This document shows positions 1 through 10,945 of a stretch of DNA of 64,000 nucleotides, piece after piece (position 1 is the first letter of the stretch; each line of letters opens with the position of its first letter). The notes under the pieces were generated by a model, which saw nothing but the letters and a program-made list of their open reading frames with translations, was not told where the DNA came from and made no database searches. The position numbers and the translations under genes were made by a program. The DNA is taken from positions 13,950,001 through 14,014,000 of the forward strand of contig JBHGNT010000011.1 of assembly GCA_043228905.1 (NCBI GenBank). Direction: 5' to 3'. The DNA comes from Azolla caroliniana. Lineage: Eukaryota; Plantae; Polypodiophyta.

Positions 1-121
1 AGCCCTCCACTGAAGTCCGCGATGACTTCGTACATCCTTTCCGAACATACCAGAATCGTCCGGTCCTCTTTAAGGACTCCTTCGACTACCTCTCGCAGCT
101 CCCCCAAGGTATCGTCGAAAG

Positions 122-388
122 TGTCGTTAAAAACAGCGCTCGGCCACAACCGAGGAATAGGATTACCTCACAGAAAACAGGAAATACAAAATGCACGAAG
201 ACAATAGAGAGGAGGGTACACAGGATGTTTACGTGGAAAAACCCTAAATGGGAAAAACCACGGGAGTCCTCAGACTCCAACTATCACTATGAACAGAGAT
301 GTACAATGGTGAAGCTGCAAGGCATCAACCTTGAGTTCACTGTCTTCGCCACAGGCGGCGGTAATACACAGAGGCAACGACCTCTTCG

Positions 389-430
<42 letters not shown>

Positions 431-763
431 GGCTGCTCTCACTTCGCATGAAAATGAGCAACAACGACAAACTGTTTGCCCTAAGTCATATTTATACACA
501 TATGACTTTCGGGCTATTTACAAATATAGCCTCAAGGGCTCTTGGCAAACATATTCACAAATATGTCCCCGCATCCGGATCTTTCTCCGGGTACATTCAT
601 CATCCGGCTCCGTAACCGGGGTCTTCAGCATCCGGCTCCGTAGTCGGGGTCTCTTCATCCGGCTTCATGCCGGGTACTCTTCATCATCCGGTTCCGTAAC
701 CGCAACCGGGCTTGCCGTCATTCATCTCCGGACATCCCATCCGGAGGGACCGAAATCCCAACA
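122..763 (-). repeat. 3' LTR of Copia-A
   Basis: Direct repeat of 4879-5520, adjacent to the PPT. Contains a (CT)n tract and a CCGG-rich degenerate tandem block in U3. Confidence 0.97.
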
Positions 764-778
764 AACTCCCCCTTCACT
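764..778 (-). promoter_or_regulatory. Polypurine tract of Copia-A
   Basis: AGTGAAGGGGGAGTT immediately before the 3' LTR TG; overlaps the ORF stop codon. Confidence 0.9.
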
Positions 779-3700
779 TCGGCATGGGATGTCTCTCCAA
801 TCCAATCCTCTTCCGGCATGCTTCCAGCTTGTCGGGTGTGAGCACCTTGGTCAGCATATCCGACCCGTTGTCGTCCGTGTGGATCTTCGTCAGCACGAAC
901 TCCTTGTCTTCTATCCTTTCCCGGATCCAGTGGTATCTACGCTGGATGTGTTTCGTCCGGGAATGGTAGGCCGCGTTCTTTGCAAGGTGGATGGCACTCT
1001 GACTATCGCAGTAGAGTCGATACTCCTCCTGCCGGATACCGAGCTCTCTAATGAAGTCCTTCATCCATATTATTTCCTTGCCGGCTTCAACAGCCGCCAT
1101 GTACTCCGCCTCCGTGGTTGACAACGCAACCGTCTTCTGCAGCCTCGACTGCCACGAAACAGCTCCCCTTGCATACGTCATCACATACCCTGATGTGGAC
1201 CGGCTGGTATCTGCATCAGCCGACATATCCGAATCGGTAAAGCCGTCGAGTTCGGGCTTACCGGAGCCGAATCGGAGGCACACGTTTGCCGTGCCCTTCA
1301 GGTATCGAAGTATCCACTTGACCGCGTTCCAGTGTTCTTTGCCGGGATTGCTCATGTACCGGCTCACCACTCCGACTGCGTATCCTATGTCCGGTCTTGT
1401 ACACACCATTGCGTACATCAAGCTTCCGATGGCAGAGGCATATGGTACTTTCATCATGTCCTCTTTCTCAGCCTTTGTCTTGGGGCTTTGCTTGCTGGAC
1501 AACTTGCAGTTTGCCGGGAGAGTTGATCCGACCGGTCTTGCTTCCGACATGTTGAACCGGTGAAGCACCTTTGTCACGTACTTCTCCTGTGACAGCCACA
1601 ACTGCTTCTTCTTCCGGTTCCGGATGATGTGCATCCCTAGTATTTGCCTCGCCGGACCCAGGTCCTTCATTGAGAAAGTTCGGTGAAGTGCTTTCTTCAG
1701 AATCCGTATCTTGGCCTGGTCCCGTCCGACGATCAACATGTCGTCCACGTACAGGAGGAGTATTAGAGAGTCTCCTCCTTCGAACTTCTTCACGAACACG
1801 CAGTGATCGGACTGCGTTTTGTGGTACCCTTCGTCGGTCATGAAGGAGTCGAACTTCCGGTACCATTGCCGGGGAGCCTGCTTCAGTCCGTAAAGGCTCT
1901 TCTTCAACCGGCATACCAGGTGCTCCTTCCCTTTCTTCTCGAATCCTTCCGGTTGCTGCATGTAGATCTCTTCTTCGAGGTCACCGTGTAGGAATGCCGT
2001 CTTCACGTCCATCTGTTCTACCTCGAAGTCCATGCTTGCCGCTATGCTCAGCACCGTCCGGATGGAGGTCATCTTCACTACCGGGGCAAATATCTCATCG
2101 AAGTCGACGCCCTTCTTCTGCTGGAACCCCTTCACCACGATCCTGGCTTTGTATCTCGGGGGGTTTTCGGCATCTCCCGGTTTCAGCTTGAACACCCACT
2201 TGTTTCGAAGTGCCCGCTTTCCTTTCGGCAACTCCACAAGTTCATATGTGTGGTTCTCATGCAGGGAATCCATCTCCTCCTGCATGGCACTTAACCACCT
2301 GCGGCTATGGGTGTCAAGCTTTGCTTCTTCAAAACTCTCCGGCTCCCCCTCGTCGGTTAGCAGCACGTGCTCTGGTTCCGGAAATCTCCGGGGGGCCCTT
2401 CTCTCTCTTAGAGGGTATCTCCGTTCCGGAGCTTCGGTAACCGGCTGCTCCGTCTCCTCTTCATCCGAATCCATTTCGGGATCGGGGCCGGTTCCGGTAT
2501 CAGTTTCATCTTCCTCGGCCGGTTCTGTTTCTTCACCGTCTTCGGCCGGATCCTCGAGTGCTAACCGGTCCCTTGCCGGTCGGGACTGCTCCTCGTAGAG
2601 TTTATCCTCACCGGTCGACTTGGAGCTCTTCATCTTCTTCTCCGACTCCCAGTCGGCGAGTGTCTTGTCCTCCATGAAGATGATATCTCGACTCCTGAAT
2701 ATCTTCTTGTCGACCGGATCCCATACTCGGTAGCCGAACTCGTCGTCGCCGTAACCGAGGAATATGCATGGCCGGGTCTTTGGATCTAACTTTCCTCTCC
2801 GGTCCTTTGCCACATGCACGTATGCGAGACACCCGAACACCTTCAGATGCCGGTAGGACACTTCCTTACCGGTCCACACTTTCTGCGGCGTGTCTCCGTC
2901 CAAAGGTACTGAGGGTGATCTATTTATCACATACGTCGCCGTCGACATTGCCTCAGCCCAAAATCCCTTGGGTAATTTCGCATGCGCTAGCATACTCCGG
3001 ACCCTCTCCATTATGGTCCGGTTCATCCTCTCGGCCAGCCCGTTCAGTTCCGGCGTCTTCGGCACAGTAAACTCGAGCCGGATTCCCTTCGAGCGACAGT
3101 ACTCCTGGAACTGTCCCCGGTATTCCCCTCCGTTATCCGCTCGTATCGCTTTCAGCTTCTTGCCGGATTCCCTTTCCACTCTCGCGTGAAGTTCTTTGAA
3201 GACGCACAACACTTGGTCCTTTGTCTTCAACGGTGCCATCCACAGCTTCCGGCTATGGTCATCAATGAATGTCACGAAGTACTGGGCTCCGCCATGTGAC
3301 TTCGTTTCTACTTGACACACATCAGTGTGCACCAACTCCAATGGTGCGCTATGTCTCGTCGGTGGCCTTGAGTGGAAGGAGGCTCGGTTCTGCTTACCGG
3401 CCAGGCAATCGGTGCACTTCTCCAGATGCACATGCTTCACTGGAATGAGGTTGTCTTCTGCGAGCCTCTTCATCCCCTTCTCGCTCATGTGGCACAGTCT
3501 CTTGTGCCACAGCTCACCGGCAGTGTCGGCTGCCACGTTCAGCTCCTCCAGACATAGCCGGGAATTCATCAGGTACAGTGTGTTGACCTTCCGGGCCCGA
3601 GCCACTATCAGGCTCCCCTTGCTGAACTTCATGACACCGTTCCGGATGCTACCCGTGTAGCCTTCATCATCTAGCCTCCCGGCCGAGATCAGGTTCAATC

Positions 3701-4847
3701 GGACCTCCGGAACGTGTCGCACATCCTTCAACAGCATCTTGCATCCGGTTGATGTCAACAGCCACACGTCTCCTATGCCGGCAATCCGGCATGTGCCTTC
3801 ATTTCCCATCCGGACACAGCCGTGCTCACCGGCTGTGTAGGATGAGAAGTATTTCTTCTCCGGGGTCAGGTGGAACGACGCTCCGGAATCGACCACCCAG
3901 GTCATCTCTACACCGGCAAGGTTCAGCTCCCTCTCTTCGGTAATAAGCATTATCTCTTCTTCACTTGCCGCGAGTGCCGTCGTTCCTTTTCGGTCCTGCC
4001 CTCGCCGATCCGGACCTCTCCGGTCCGTGGCTCCCCGGTATGCACCGTTTCTCTCCGGTGACTTCTTCGAATCGGTGTCGTCGGCTCCGTTGTCCTTTCG
4101 GTAATGCCGACAATTCTTCCGGAAGTGCCCCGGCTTCCCACAGTGGAAGCATGTTGGCCTTCCTCTTGACTGCAACCGGGTCCCCGACTTCTCCCGTCTT
4201 TGCGGACTCCGGTTCCATTGTCTTCCCCGATCCGATTCGGTAAGCAGCATCTTCTGATCGGAAACCGGTTCTTTATCTCTCCGACGCGCTTCTTCGTTCA
4301 AAATGCTTGTCTTTACCGTTTGTAGAGACAAGTTATCTTCGGTGCAGGAGGTGCTGAGAGTCACCACCAAGTTCTCCCAGCTTTCCGGCAATGTACACAT
4401 CAGAATGATGGCTTGCATTGCATCCTCCAACGGGAACTTGATCGCCGCAAGCTGGTTCACGAATCCCATGAACGTGCTCACGTGTTCCACCATATTCTCG
4501 CCGTCCCGGTACTTGAGGTTCACTATCTTCCTCATCAGGGAGGTCCGGTTCAACGCATTCTTCCTCTCGTAGAGGCCCGACAGCTTCTTCCACATCTCAT
4601 ATGCGTTGGTGTCGTTCGCCACATGTTGTAGGACGCTTACATCGACATATTGCCGGATCGTCGCTACGGCTTTCCGGTTCAGGAGCTTCCACTCCGACTC
4701 TATTACTCCCTTGGGTATCTCGGCATTGTCGATTGGTTCGTACAGGTCTCGGACGATGAGAAGGTCTTCCATCTTTATCTTCCAATCGGCGTAGTTCTGT
4801 GAGTTCAACACCATCATGCCCGGAGGCCCACTACCGCCGCCTTCCAT
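774..4847 (-). CDS. Copia Gag-Pol polyprotein (Gag, CCHC knuckle, protease, integrase, RT, RNase H), 1357 aa
   Basis: Motifs in copia order: CFHCGKPGHFRKNC, WVVDSGASFH, WHKRLCH/CTDC, HTDVC...ADNGGEY...GLAERMNRT, YKARIVVKGF, LYVDDML, STTEAEY, SRTKHI, SDMLTK. Confidence 0.98.
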   Translation of the reverse strand: MEGGGSGPPGMMVLNSQNYADWKIKMEDLLIVRDLYEPIDNAEIPKGVIESEWKLLNRKAVATIRQYVDVSVLQHVANDTNAYEMWKKLSGLYERKNALNRTSLMRKIVNLKYRDGENMVEHVSTFMGFVNQLAAIKFPLEDAMQAIILMCTLPESWENLVVTLSTSCTEDNLSLQTVKTSILNEEARRRDKEPVSDQKMLLTESDRGRQWNRSPQRREKSGTRLQSRGRPTCFHCGKPGHFRKNCRHYRKDNGADDTDSKKSPERNGAYRGATDRRGPDRRGQDRKGTTALAASEEEIMLITEERELNLAGVEMTWVVDSGASFHLTPEKKYFSSYTAGEHGCVRMGNEGTCRIAGIGDVWLLTSTGCKMLLKDVRHVPEVRLNLISAGRLDDEGYTGSIRNGVMKFSKGSLIVARARKVNTLYLMNSRLCLEELNVAADTAGELWHKRLCHMSEKGMKRLAEDNLIPVKHVHLEKCTDCLAGKQNRASFHSRPPTRHSAPLELVHTDVCQVETKSHGGAQYFVTFIDDHSRKLWMAPLKTKDQVLCVFKELHARVERESGKKLKAIRADNGGEYRGQFQEYCRSKGIRLEFTVPKTPELNGLAERMNRTIMERVRSMLAHAKLPKGFWAEAMSTATYVINRSPSVPLDGDTPQKVWTGKEVSYRHLKVFGCLAYVHVAKDRRGKLDPKTRPCIFLGYGDDEFGYRVWDPVDKKIFRSRDIIFMEDKTLADWESEKKMKSSKSTGEDKLYEEQSRPARDRLALEDPAEDGEETEPAEEDETDTGTGPDPEMDSDEEETEQPVTEAPERRYPLRERRAPRRFPEPEHVLLTDEGEPESFEEAKLDTHSRRWLSAMQEEMDSLHENHTYELVELPKGKRALRNKWVFKLKPGDAENPPRYKARIVVKGFQQKKGVDFDEIFAPVVKMTSIRTVLSIAASMDFEVEQMDVKTAFLHGDLEEEIYMQQPEGFEKKGKEHLVCRLKKSLYGLKQAPRQWYRKFDSFMTDEGYHKTQSDHCVFVKKFEGGDSLILLLYVDDMLIVGRDQAKIRILKKALHRTFSMKDLGPARQILGMHIIRNRKKKQLWLSQEKYVTKVLHRFNMSEARPVGSTLPANCKLSSKQSPKTKAEKEDMMKVPYASAIGSLMYAMVCTRPDIGYAVGVVSRYMSNPGKEHWNAVKWILRYLKGTANVCLRFGSGKPELDGFTDSDMSADADTSRSTSGYVMTYARGAVSWQSRLQKTVALSTTEAEYMAAVEAGKEIIWMKDFIRELGIRQEEYRLYCDSQSAIHLAKNAAYHSRTKHIQRRYHWIRERIEDKEFVLTKIHTDDNGSDMLTKVLTPDKLEACRKRIGLERHPMPK

Positions 4848-4863
4848 TTTCTGTGTTACCGTC

Positions 4864-4875
4864 GCTCTGATACCA
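4864..4875 (-). promoter_or_regulatory. Primer binding site, tRNA-iMet
   Basis: TGGTATCAGAGC, 3 nt inside the 5' LTR. Confidence 0.95.
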
Positions 4876-4878
4876 GAT

Positions 4879-5145
4879 TGTCGTTAAAAACAGCGCTCGG
4901 CCACAACCGAGGAATAGGATTACCTCACAGAAAACAGGAAATACAAAATGCACGAAGACAATAGAGAGGAGGGTACACAGGATGTTTACGTGGAAAAACC
5001 CTAAATGGGAAAAACCACGGGAGTCCTCAGACTCCAACTATCACTATGAACAGAGATGTACAATGGTGAAGCTGCAAGGCAACAACCTTGAGTTCACTGT
5101 CTTCGCCACAGGCGGCGGTAATACACAGAGGCAACGACCTCTTCG

Positions 5146-5187
<42 letters not shown>

Positions 5188-5520
5188 GGCTGCTCTCACT
5201 TCGCATGAAAATGAGCAACAACGACAAACTGTTTGCCCTAAGTCATATTTATACACATATGACTTTCGGGCTATTTACAAATATAGCCTCAAGGGCTCTT
5301 GGCAAACATATTCACAAATATGTCCCCGCATCCGGATCTTTCTCCGGGTACATTCATCATCCGGCTCCGTAACTGGGGTCTTCAGCATCCGGCTCCGTAG
5401 TCGGGGTCTCTTCATCCGGCTTCATGTCGGGTACTCTTCATCATCCGGTTCCGTAACCGCAACCGGGCTTGCCGTCATTCATCTCCGGACATCCCATCCG
5501 GAGGGACCGAAATCCCAACA
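4879..5520 (-). repeat. 5' LTR of Copia-A
   Basis: Near-identical to 122-763; followed on the element strand by the PBS. Confidence 0.97.
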
Positions 5521-5703
5521 GAAAGAGACCGCCTGCACGGCTCCGTTGATTTCCTCTCTAGGGCTGAGGATACCACATGCCCGAAGTCGCTCCTCCGCCC
5601 TTTTCTTCTTCCGGCCAACGACGTCGACTATCGTACACCCTCCGTTGTCGGAGAACCAAAATTTCCTACTTACAGTACTTGTCTTCTTCGCTATCGTACA
5701 CTT

Positions 5704-5769
5704 GTGGGGGTTTCCCGGAGTGTCCGGACTATCGCGGCCCCACGCCTTGATAGCCCTCTCTAAAAATCC
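5704..5769 (-). promoter_or_regulatory. Putative -1 ribosomal frameshift signal (slippery heptamer plus H-type pseudoknot)
   Basis: G_GAT_TTT (5769-5763), 6-nt spacer, stem 1 GGGCTATC/GATAGTCC, stem 2 GTGGGG/CCCCAC. The -1 frame is open downstream. Confidence 0.8.
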
Positions 5770-7887
5770 TCTCGGCTTTCGCCCCCGAGGGTCTCGCGGT
5801 TCCGCTCATGGTTCGGTCTCACCGTCAGGAACTAGACCAAGTGACGCCCATCCTGGCTCTTGACCCTTGCATAGGCCGAGCCGTTGTCCAGCACCTTGGT
5901 CTCCATCCGTGCTGTCGTGATGTACATTTCTCCTAGTATAACCGGATGTGAGGACGTCTCCTACACGAAGAAGTGTTGGTCAATCTCGACATCGACGATC
6001 TTTACTCGTACATTCGAGCAGGCTCCATGCAGTTCTTCGGTGGCACGCGTCGCTGCCCGTATTTTCCACCCGTGCTTGGTGTTGATCGGCCATTTCCCCT
6101 TCTTGTAGAAGTCCATGGACATCAAATTGATTTCTGAACCGTGGTCCACCAACGCCACCACCGGTTCATGAACATCTCCGATCTTCACGGGGGTCTCCGT
6201 GGTCGCTCTGGCCCAGTGCGGGCCTCGAATAGTGGCTCTCCGCCAACTCGTCTTCCAGCGCCATGTCCTCTATGTGCGTCGTCCACACCTCCACCGGCTT
6301 CTCCGGTTCTGTCTCCGTCGATAGCCTCTTCCTCTTCACTAAGTCTACGATGGAGTCGTGGAACTCCTTCTTGGTGATCCCGAGCAATTCCCTCAGCGAC
6401 AGTTCCACCTTGCTGTCGAGGATTCGTTCTTCCAGGACCTTTCGCAGGTCCGTGGATCTTTCGATTTCTGTGCCCAGCCGGTACCGGCCCCTCCTGGGAT
6501 TATCCTGGGCGCCGGTTACACCGGCCTCATTCCGCCTTTGCCCGAATCGAGTTTCATATCGTTGCGAGGGCCCAGCCCCTCTGGTTTTCCCTACCCGCTT
6601 GTCCTCCACCAGAGCCTCGTAGTTTTGACAAGCGGCTTCAACGAAGCCCGTCTTTTCTTCCACCGGGTCACTCCACCCAGTTACCTCCCGGACCCGTTTT
6701 TCCGCGTGGTCCGCCTCTTCTTTCCTTAGTCTCGCGCCGGCGAGGCCTTCTAGCATCGTCGGCCAGAACCCGGCTTTGTTCGTCTTCGGGGCCTCGCCAC
6801 CTCCGACCTGAATACCAGCTGACACCAAGTAGTGGACGGTCTCAGCATGGCGAGCCGCCGCCTCCTCCATCAGCCTTTTCATACCTCCTCGCCCGACGTT
6901 CAAGTCTAGGGTCCTTCGGGTCTTGCTGGCGTGCACCCGACCGTTCCACAGGTACACCACGTTGCTTCTCATCGCCTCGGCAAAGTCCCCTCAGTCCTTC
7001 CGGATGTGGCCAACCGCGTCACACCACATGCACCTATTCCCAGCCAGAGGTCGTCGGTCACGGGCCTGTTCGCCACCATCCCTCCGTGCCTGGGCAATCT
7101 AGAGATCCTTTACCATCCACGTCAGTTCCTCTAGAGCTGCTCCCCCGGACGAGCCCTTGACCATGCCGGTCGAAGCCGATCCGGTCTCGAGCCAATCTCG
7201 GGTCTCTTCCCTTCGCGTTGGTGGTGTTGGCTCGAGCTTCCTTGCTGCGATAGAGCCCGCCCCTGTCGATCCTTTGTCAACCCATTCCCTCCGTTTGTCG
7301 AAACGGCCACAGACCCTCTTCACCACAGCCCAGTCGGCCGTCAGCCCATCATCAGTCTCCAATAGGAGGCCTACTTGCTCCCGATCCCGCTCGTCAACTG
7401 ACTTAACAAACAATAGGACACGACTTGTGTCCAGAATGGTCCGGTCAAGCACCGAGAGGCGCGCGAAGCGTTCCTCAAACTCCCGGAGGAGCACCGACAC
7501 GTTCCTTCCTTTGTCGGGGGTCTCCACCCACTCCATGAAGTCCCGCTTCGAAAGTCGAAGCGCATCTTCAAGCCCGTATTTTTCGAGGAGCCGACCTTCG
7601 AACTCCTCCCAGGTCCAGCTCTAGGCCCGTACCTCGAGCGCCTCCGTATGGATGCCCGACATCGCCACTCGAGGGAATCCGACTAGACGCCTCTCTTCCG
7701 GAATGTCCCTCATTACCATCTCAGCCCGGTAGGATGCCAAGTAGCTCGTGGCATTCTTCCCACTAAACCGGTCGATCGTTCCGGCAACCGCCTCGATAGC
7801 CCTATCAAGGGCGCCGGTGCCTTCGCGCGCACTCACTATACGGTCCACAACTGAAGCCATGGCTTCTGCGAGGTCTGATCCCCTCAT
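5760..7887 (-). pseudogene. Decayed gag-protease ORF1 of Gypsy-A
   Basis: Collinear ORF fragments 7621-7887, 7099-7536, 6166-6972 and 5961-6188. Aspartic protease motif LVDHGSEIN; ends ...EDF*. Several premature stops and frameshifts. Confidence 0.85.
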
Positions 7888-7908
7888 CTTCTACTCCTCT
7901 GCCGCCGT

Positions 7909-7926
7909 TTCACGTTGGGTTCACCA
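7909..7926 (-). promoter_or_regulatory. Primer binding site, tRNA-Trp
   Basis: The plus strand reads TTCACGTTGGGTTCACCA, matching the plant tRNA-Trp 3' end (TTCACGTCGGGTTCACCA, from memory) with 1 mismatch; 4 nt from the LTR. Confidence 0.8.
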
Positions 7927-7930
7927 AAGA

Positions 7931-8637
7931 TGTCGCGTTGTTATGCGCGTGCGTGGAGAACAAGGCGGGACCACTAGGGTCTTGGACCAAGGAATAGGTG
8001 AGAAATGGGGGGAGAGAGGGAGACACGCTCACACACATATAGACAAAGAAGCGCAAGGGAACGCGGGCAACAACACAGGAGACACGGGTTGAGCAGGAGT
8101 TAGAGTATAAGAACACTAGTGTGTGTATATAAATATACGTATGTATTTGTATGTATGCAGACGACTCGAACGGTTACAACCGATCAGGTCGGCGAGATGG
8201 ATGCTGACGCCTGATCACCCACGCACACAGGTGAGCAAGATGGAGATTCTGCCGGAAGCACACGGGTGCTCCACGGAGCAGAATCAGCCTCTCGAGAACC
8301 TGCGCAAAAGAAAGCTATGGAGAACGACAGAGAAGAAGAGCTCGGTCCCAGTCCGACAACACTTCGTCCCCCTTCCCTAACGTGCGATCCCCTCTCTCCC
8401 CGTCTCCCTCTCCTTTTATAGCTCAAGGAGGGAGGTCGTTTCACCCGTTTACATCGCATTAATTCTCTGTCCTTTCAGACAGAGATACTCCTCGATTCTC
8501 CCTATAGAATATTGCTACCTAGGATTCGACTTTTGTGCCTACCTATCTACTATACAACAAGGGGTGTGCCCACGTGTAAGGGCCGGTTCACACATGCTAT
8601 ACACAGTTTCCGCCTGGGGACGGTTTTCTTCACGACA
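7931..8637 (-). repeat. 5' LTR of Gypsy-A
   Basis: Element strand TGTCGTGAAGAAAACC...AACAACGCGACA; both ends match solo LTR 24635-25267. Confidence 0.88.
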
Positions 8638-8669
8638 GCGGATTTCCGCTATAACGGGTCGACGTATAA

Positions 8670-8870
8670 TGTCACAGACATGACAATAGTTATGTCAAGA
8701 TTTGAACTCTTAACCTCTTGTATTATAGTCAAGTGTTATATTGTAACATAACAACCACGTCCAAGTATATAATCGTGTTATATATATCTTCATAAATTAT
8801 CTATTGATGTTCTAGGAGTTTTTAGAAAGTTCTAGAATTTGAAGGTTCTAGAGGCTTCTAGAATATTCTT
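8670..8870 (+). repeat. Truncated inverted copy of the U3 end of the adjacent mini-element LTR
   Basis: Reverse complement of about 9270-9472 and 10740-10945; starts TGTCACA. Confidence 0.85.
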
Positions 8871-8878
8871 GAGACAAC

Positions 8879-10945
8879 TGTCACAGACATACCAACCGCG
8901 GACTTGAATGGCGCATGGATGATCGGGCTAAGAATGTTGACTACGAACTAGAAGTGACGAGGCTAGAAACTCGAGAGGTTGGGAGCAACGAAATGGCACA
9001 AGAGCATGAAGACAGAGATGAAGAAGGAGACAAGATGGAATGAAACACCAATTGTGGACTCGGATAGAAACACAGGTGATAAGGCTATGAGGAACTTAAG
9101 AAGCTAGGAACAACATAAGAGAACAAAGACAAAGATGTAGATCAAGGAGACAAGATGAGGCAAAACGAGAATACTGTATTGATGTGTCAATGATTGGTGT
9201 TGAATCCCTTGAAAGGGACCAAGGAGGTTATAAGTATTTATATTGTGAGTTGAAGTACATGCATTAGAATATTTTGGAGAATATTCTAGAACCCTCTAGA
9301 ACCTTCTAGTTCTAGAACTTTCTAAAAACTCCTAGAACGTAAATAGATGATCTATGAAGATATACATAACATGATTATGTACTTGGATGTGTTGGTTACA
9401 ACATAACTTTTGACTATAATACAAGAGGTCAAGAGTTCAAATCTTGACATAACTATTGTCATGTTTGTGACATTATCCTCCCCTTTATGGCCGCCTTTTC
9501 GAAAGCACGGTGTAGGGGTGAACAGGAAGTGGTGGGTATGAGAAACCATATGTTGTCCTCATTGGAAACACGAACACCAACGAACGTGAATGACCATGTG
9601 CAGTCCTCACCGTTAATTGGAAATGGAACACGAACGGGCGTGAGTGATCATGTGCGGTCCTCACCAGGAACTGGAACTAGAACACGAATACCAACAGGCA
9701 TGAGCAACCCTCACCGAGAACTAGAACACCCACGGGCGTGGGCGACCATCTGTGGCCTTCACCAGGAACACAAACATGAATGGACGTGAGCGACCATGGG
9801 GCCCTCACCGAGAACTGAACACGAAATGACGTGAGAGACCATACGGCCCTCATCGAGAACTGGAACAACAACGGGTGAAGGAGTGCAAGTGAACCGGTCG
9901 ACTCAACTTCTTACAAATAGTAGCGCTAGCGAGAAACCCATGCGATCCCCACAAGGAAAGTCAGCAGTTATGACCCCCACTGAAAATAGAAGGTGAGCGA
10001 TCGAAATCTATCCTCGCGAATAGAAAGTGGCGCGAGGCTTGAACTATAACAAAAATGCAGTGCAAGCGAACAATAATCTGATCCCCACCAAGAAAGTGAG
10101 CAATTGTGACCCCCACCGAAACTGGGAAGGTAGCGACCAAAACCGTGATGCAAAATGATGACAAGTAGTGTTGATGACGACGATAGTTGGGGGAAGAGGT
10201 GCTGAAAATGATGACGTCGAAGACAAGGATGTTGATGACGGTAACTCTGGAAGTAAGGACGGTGATGATGGTAACTCTAGAAGCAAACACGATGACGAAG
10301 ACGGGTGGTGCTCCCAGTTGGAAGGGATTCAAACTATCACGGACATACCAACCGCGGACTTGAATAGCGCATGGATGATCGGGCTAAGAGTTGTGACTAT
10401 GAACTGGAAGTGACGAGGCTAGAAACTCAAGAAGTTGGGAGCAACGAAATGACACAAGAGGATGAAGACAGAGATGAAAAAGGAGACAAGATGGAATGAA
10501 ACACCAATTGCGGACTCAGACAGAAACATGGATGATAAGGCTACGAGGAACTTAAGAAGCTAGGAACAACATAAGAGAATGAAGACAAAGATGTAGATCA
10601 AGGAGTCTACAAGATGAGGCGAAACGAGAATACTGTATTGATGTGTCAATGACTGGTGTTGAATCCCTTGAAAGGGACCAAGGAGGTTACAAGTATTTAT
10701 ATTGTGAGTTGAAGTACATGAATTAGAATATTCTTGGGAATATGTTTTGGAGAATATTCTAGAACCTTCTAGAACCATCTAGTTCTAGAACTTTCTAAAA
10801 ACTCATAGAACGTGAATAGATAATCTATGAAGATATACATAACACAACTATGTACTTGGATGTGTTGGTTATAATATAACACTTGACTATAATACCAGAG
10901 GTGAAGAGTTCAAATCTTGACATAATTGTTGTTATGTATGTGACA
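8879..10945 (-). mobile_element. Non-autonomous LTR mini-retrotransposon (TRIM/LARD-like, Tcn1-type ends)
   Basis: LTRs 8879-9472 and 10335-10945; PPT AAAGGGGAGGATAA at 9473-9486. About 860-bp non-coding interior with degenerate 50-60 bp tandem repeats (9540-9870). No tRNA PBS. Confidence 0.88.
9384..9450 (+). other. tRNA-like A-box/B-box module in LTR U3 (also at about 10857-10922, and inverted at about 8692-8763)
   Basis: TGGATGTGTTGGTTA...GAGGTCAAGAGTTCAAATCTTG; B-box core GTTCAAATC inside a CAAGA/TCTTG hairpin. Confidence 0.55.

Larger units (their letters stand above)
122..5520 (-). mobile_element. Intact full-length Ty1/copia LTR retrotransposon (Tork/Tnt1-like), Copia-A
   Basis: 642-bp LTRs at 122-763 and 4879-5520 (TG...CA; 3 substitutions seen). 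Perfect 5-bp TSD GAAAG (117-121, 5521-5525). tRNA-iMet PBS, PPT and an uninterrupted gag-pol ORF. Confidence 0.98.
1..8637 (-). mobile_element. Ty3/gypsy-type LTR retrotransposon (Gypsy-A; probably non-chromovirus, Phygy/Selgy-like), interrupted by Copia-A and running off the left edge
   Basis: 5' LTR 7931-8637, tRNA-Trp PBS, and decayed gag-protease with ALVDHGSEIN. The downstream frame reads through the Copia-A insertion site once one TSD copy is removed. Confidence 0.85.

Noticed and set aside
225-1121. 298-aa and 293-aa plus-strand ORFs (also 4982-5863)
   Set aside because: Antisense read-through of the LTR including the (CT)n tract; duplicated only because the LTR is; no protein motifs.
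9540-9870. CRISPR-like appearance of spaced repeats
   Set aside because: Units are degenerate tandem repeats without unique spacers, inside a eukaryotic LTR element; no cas genes.
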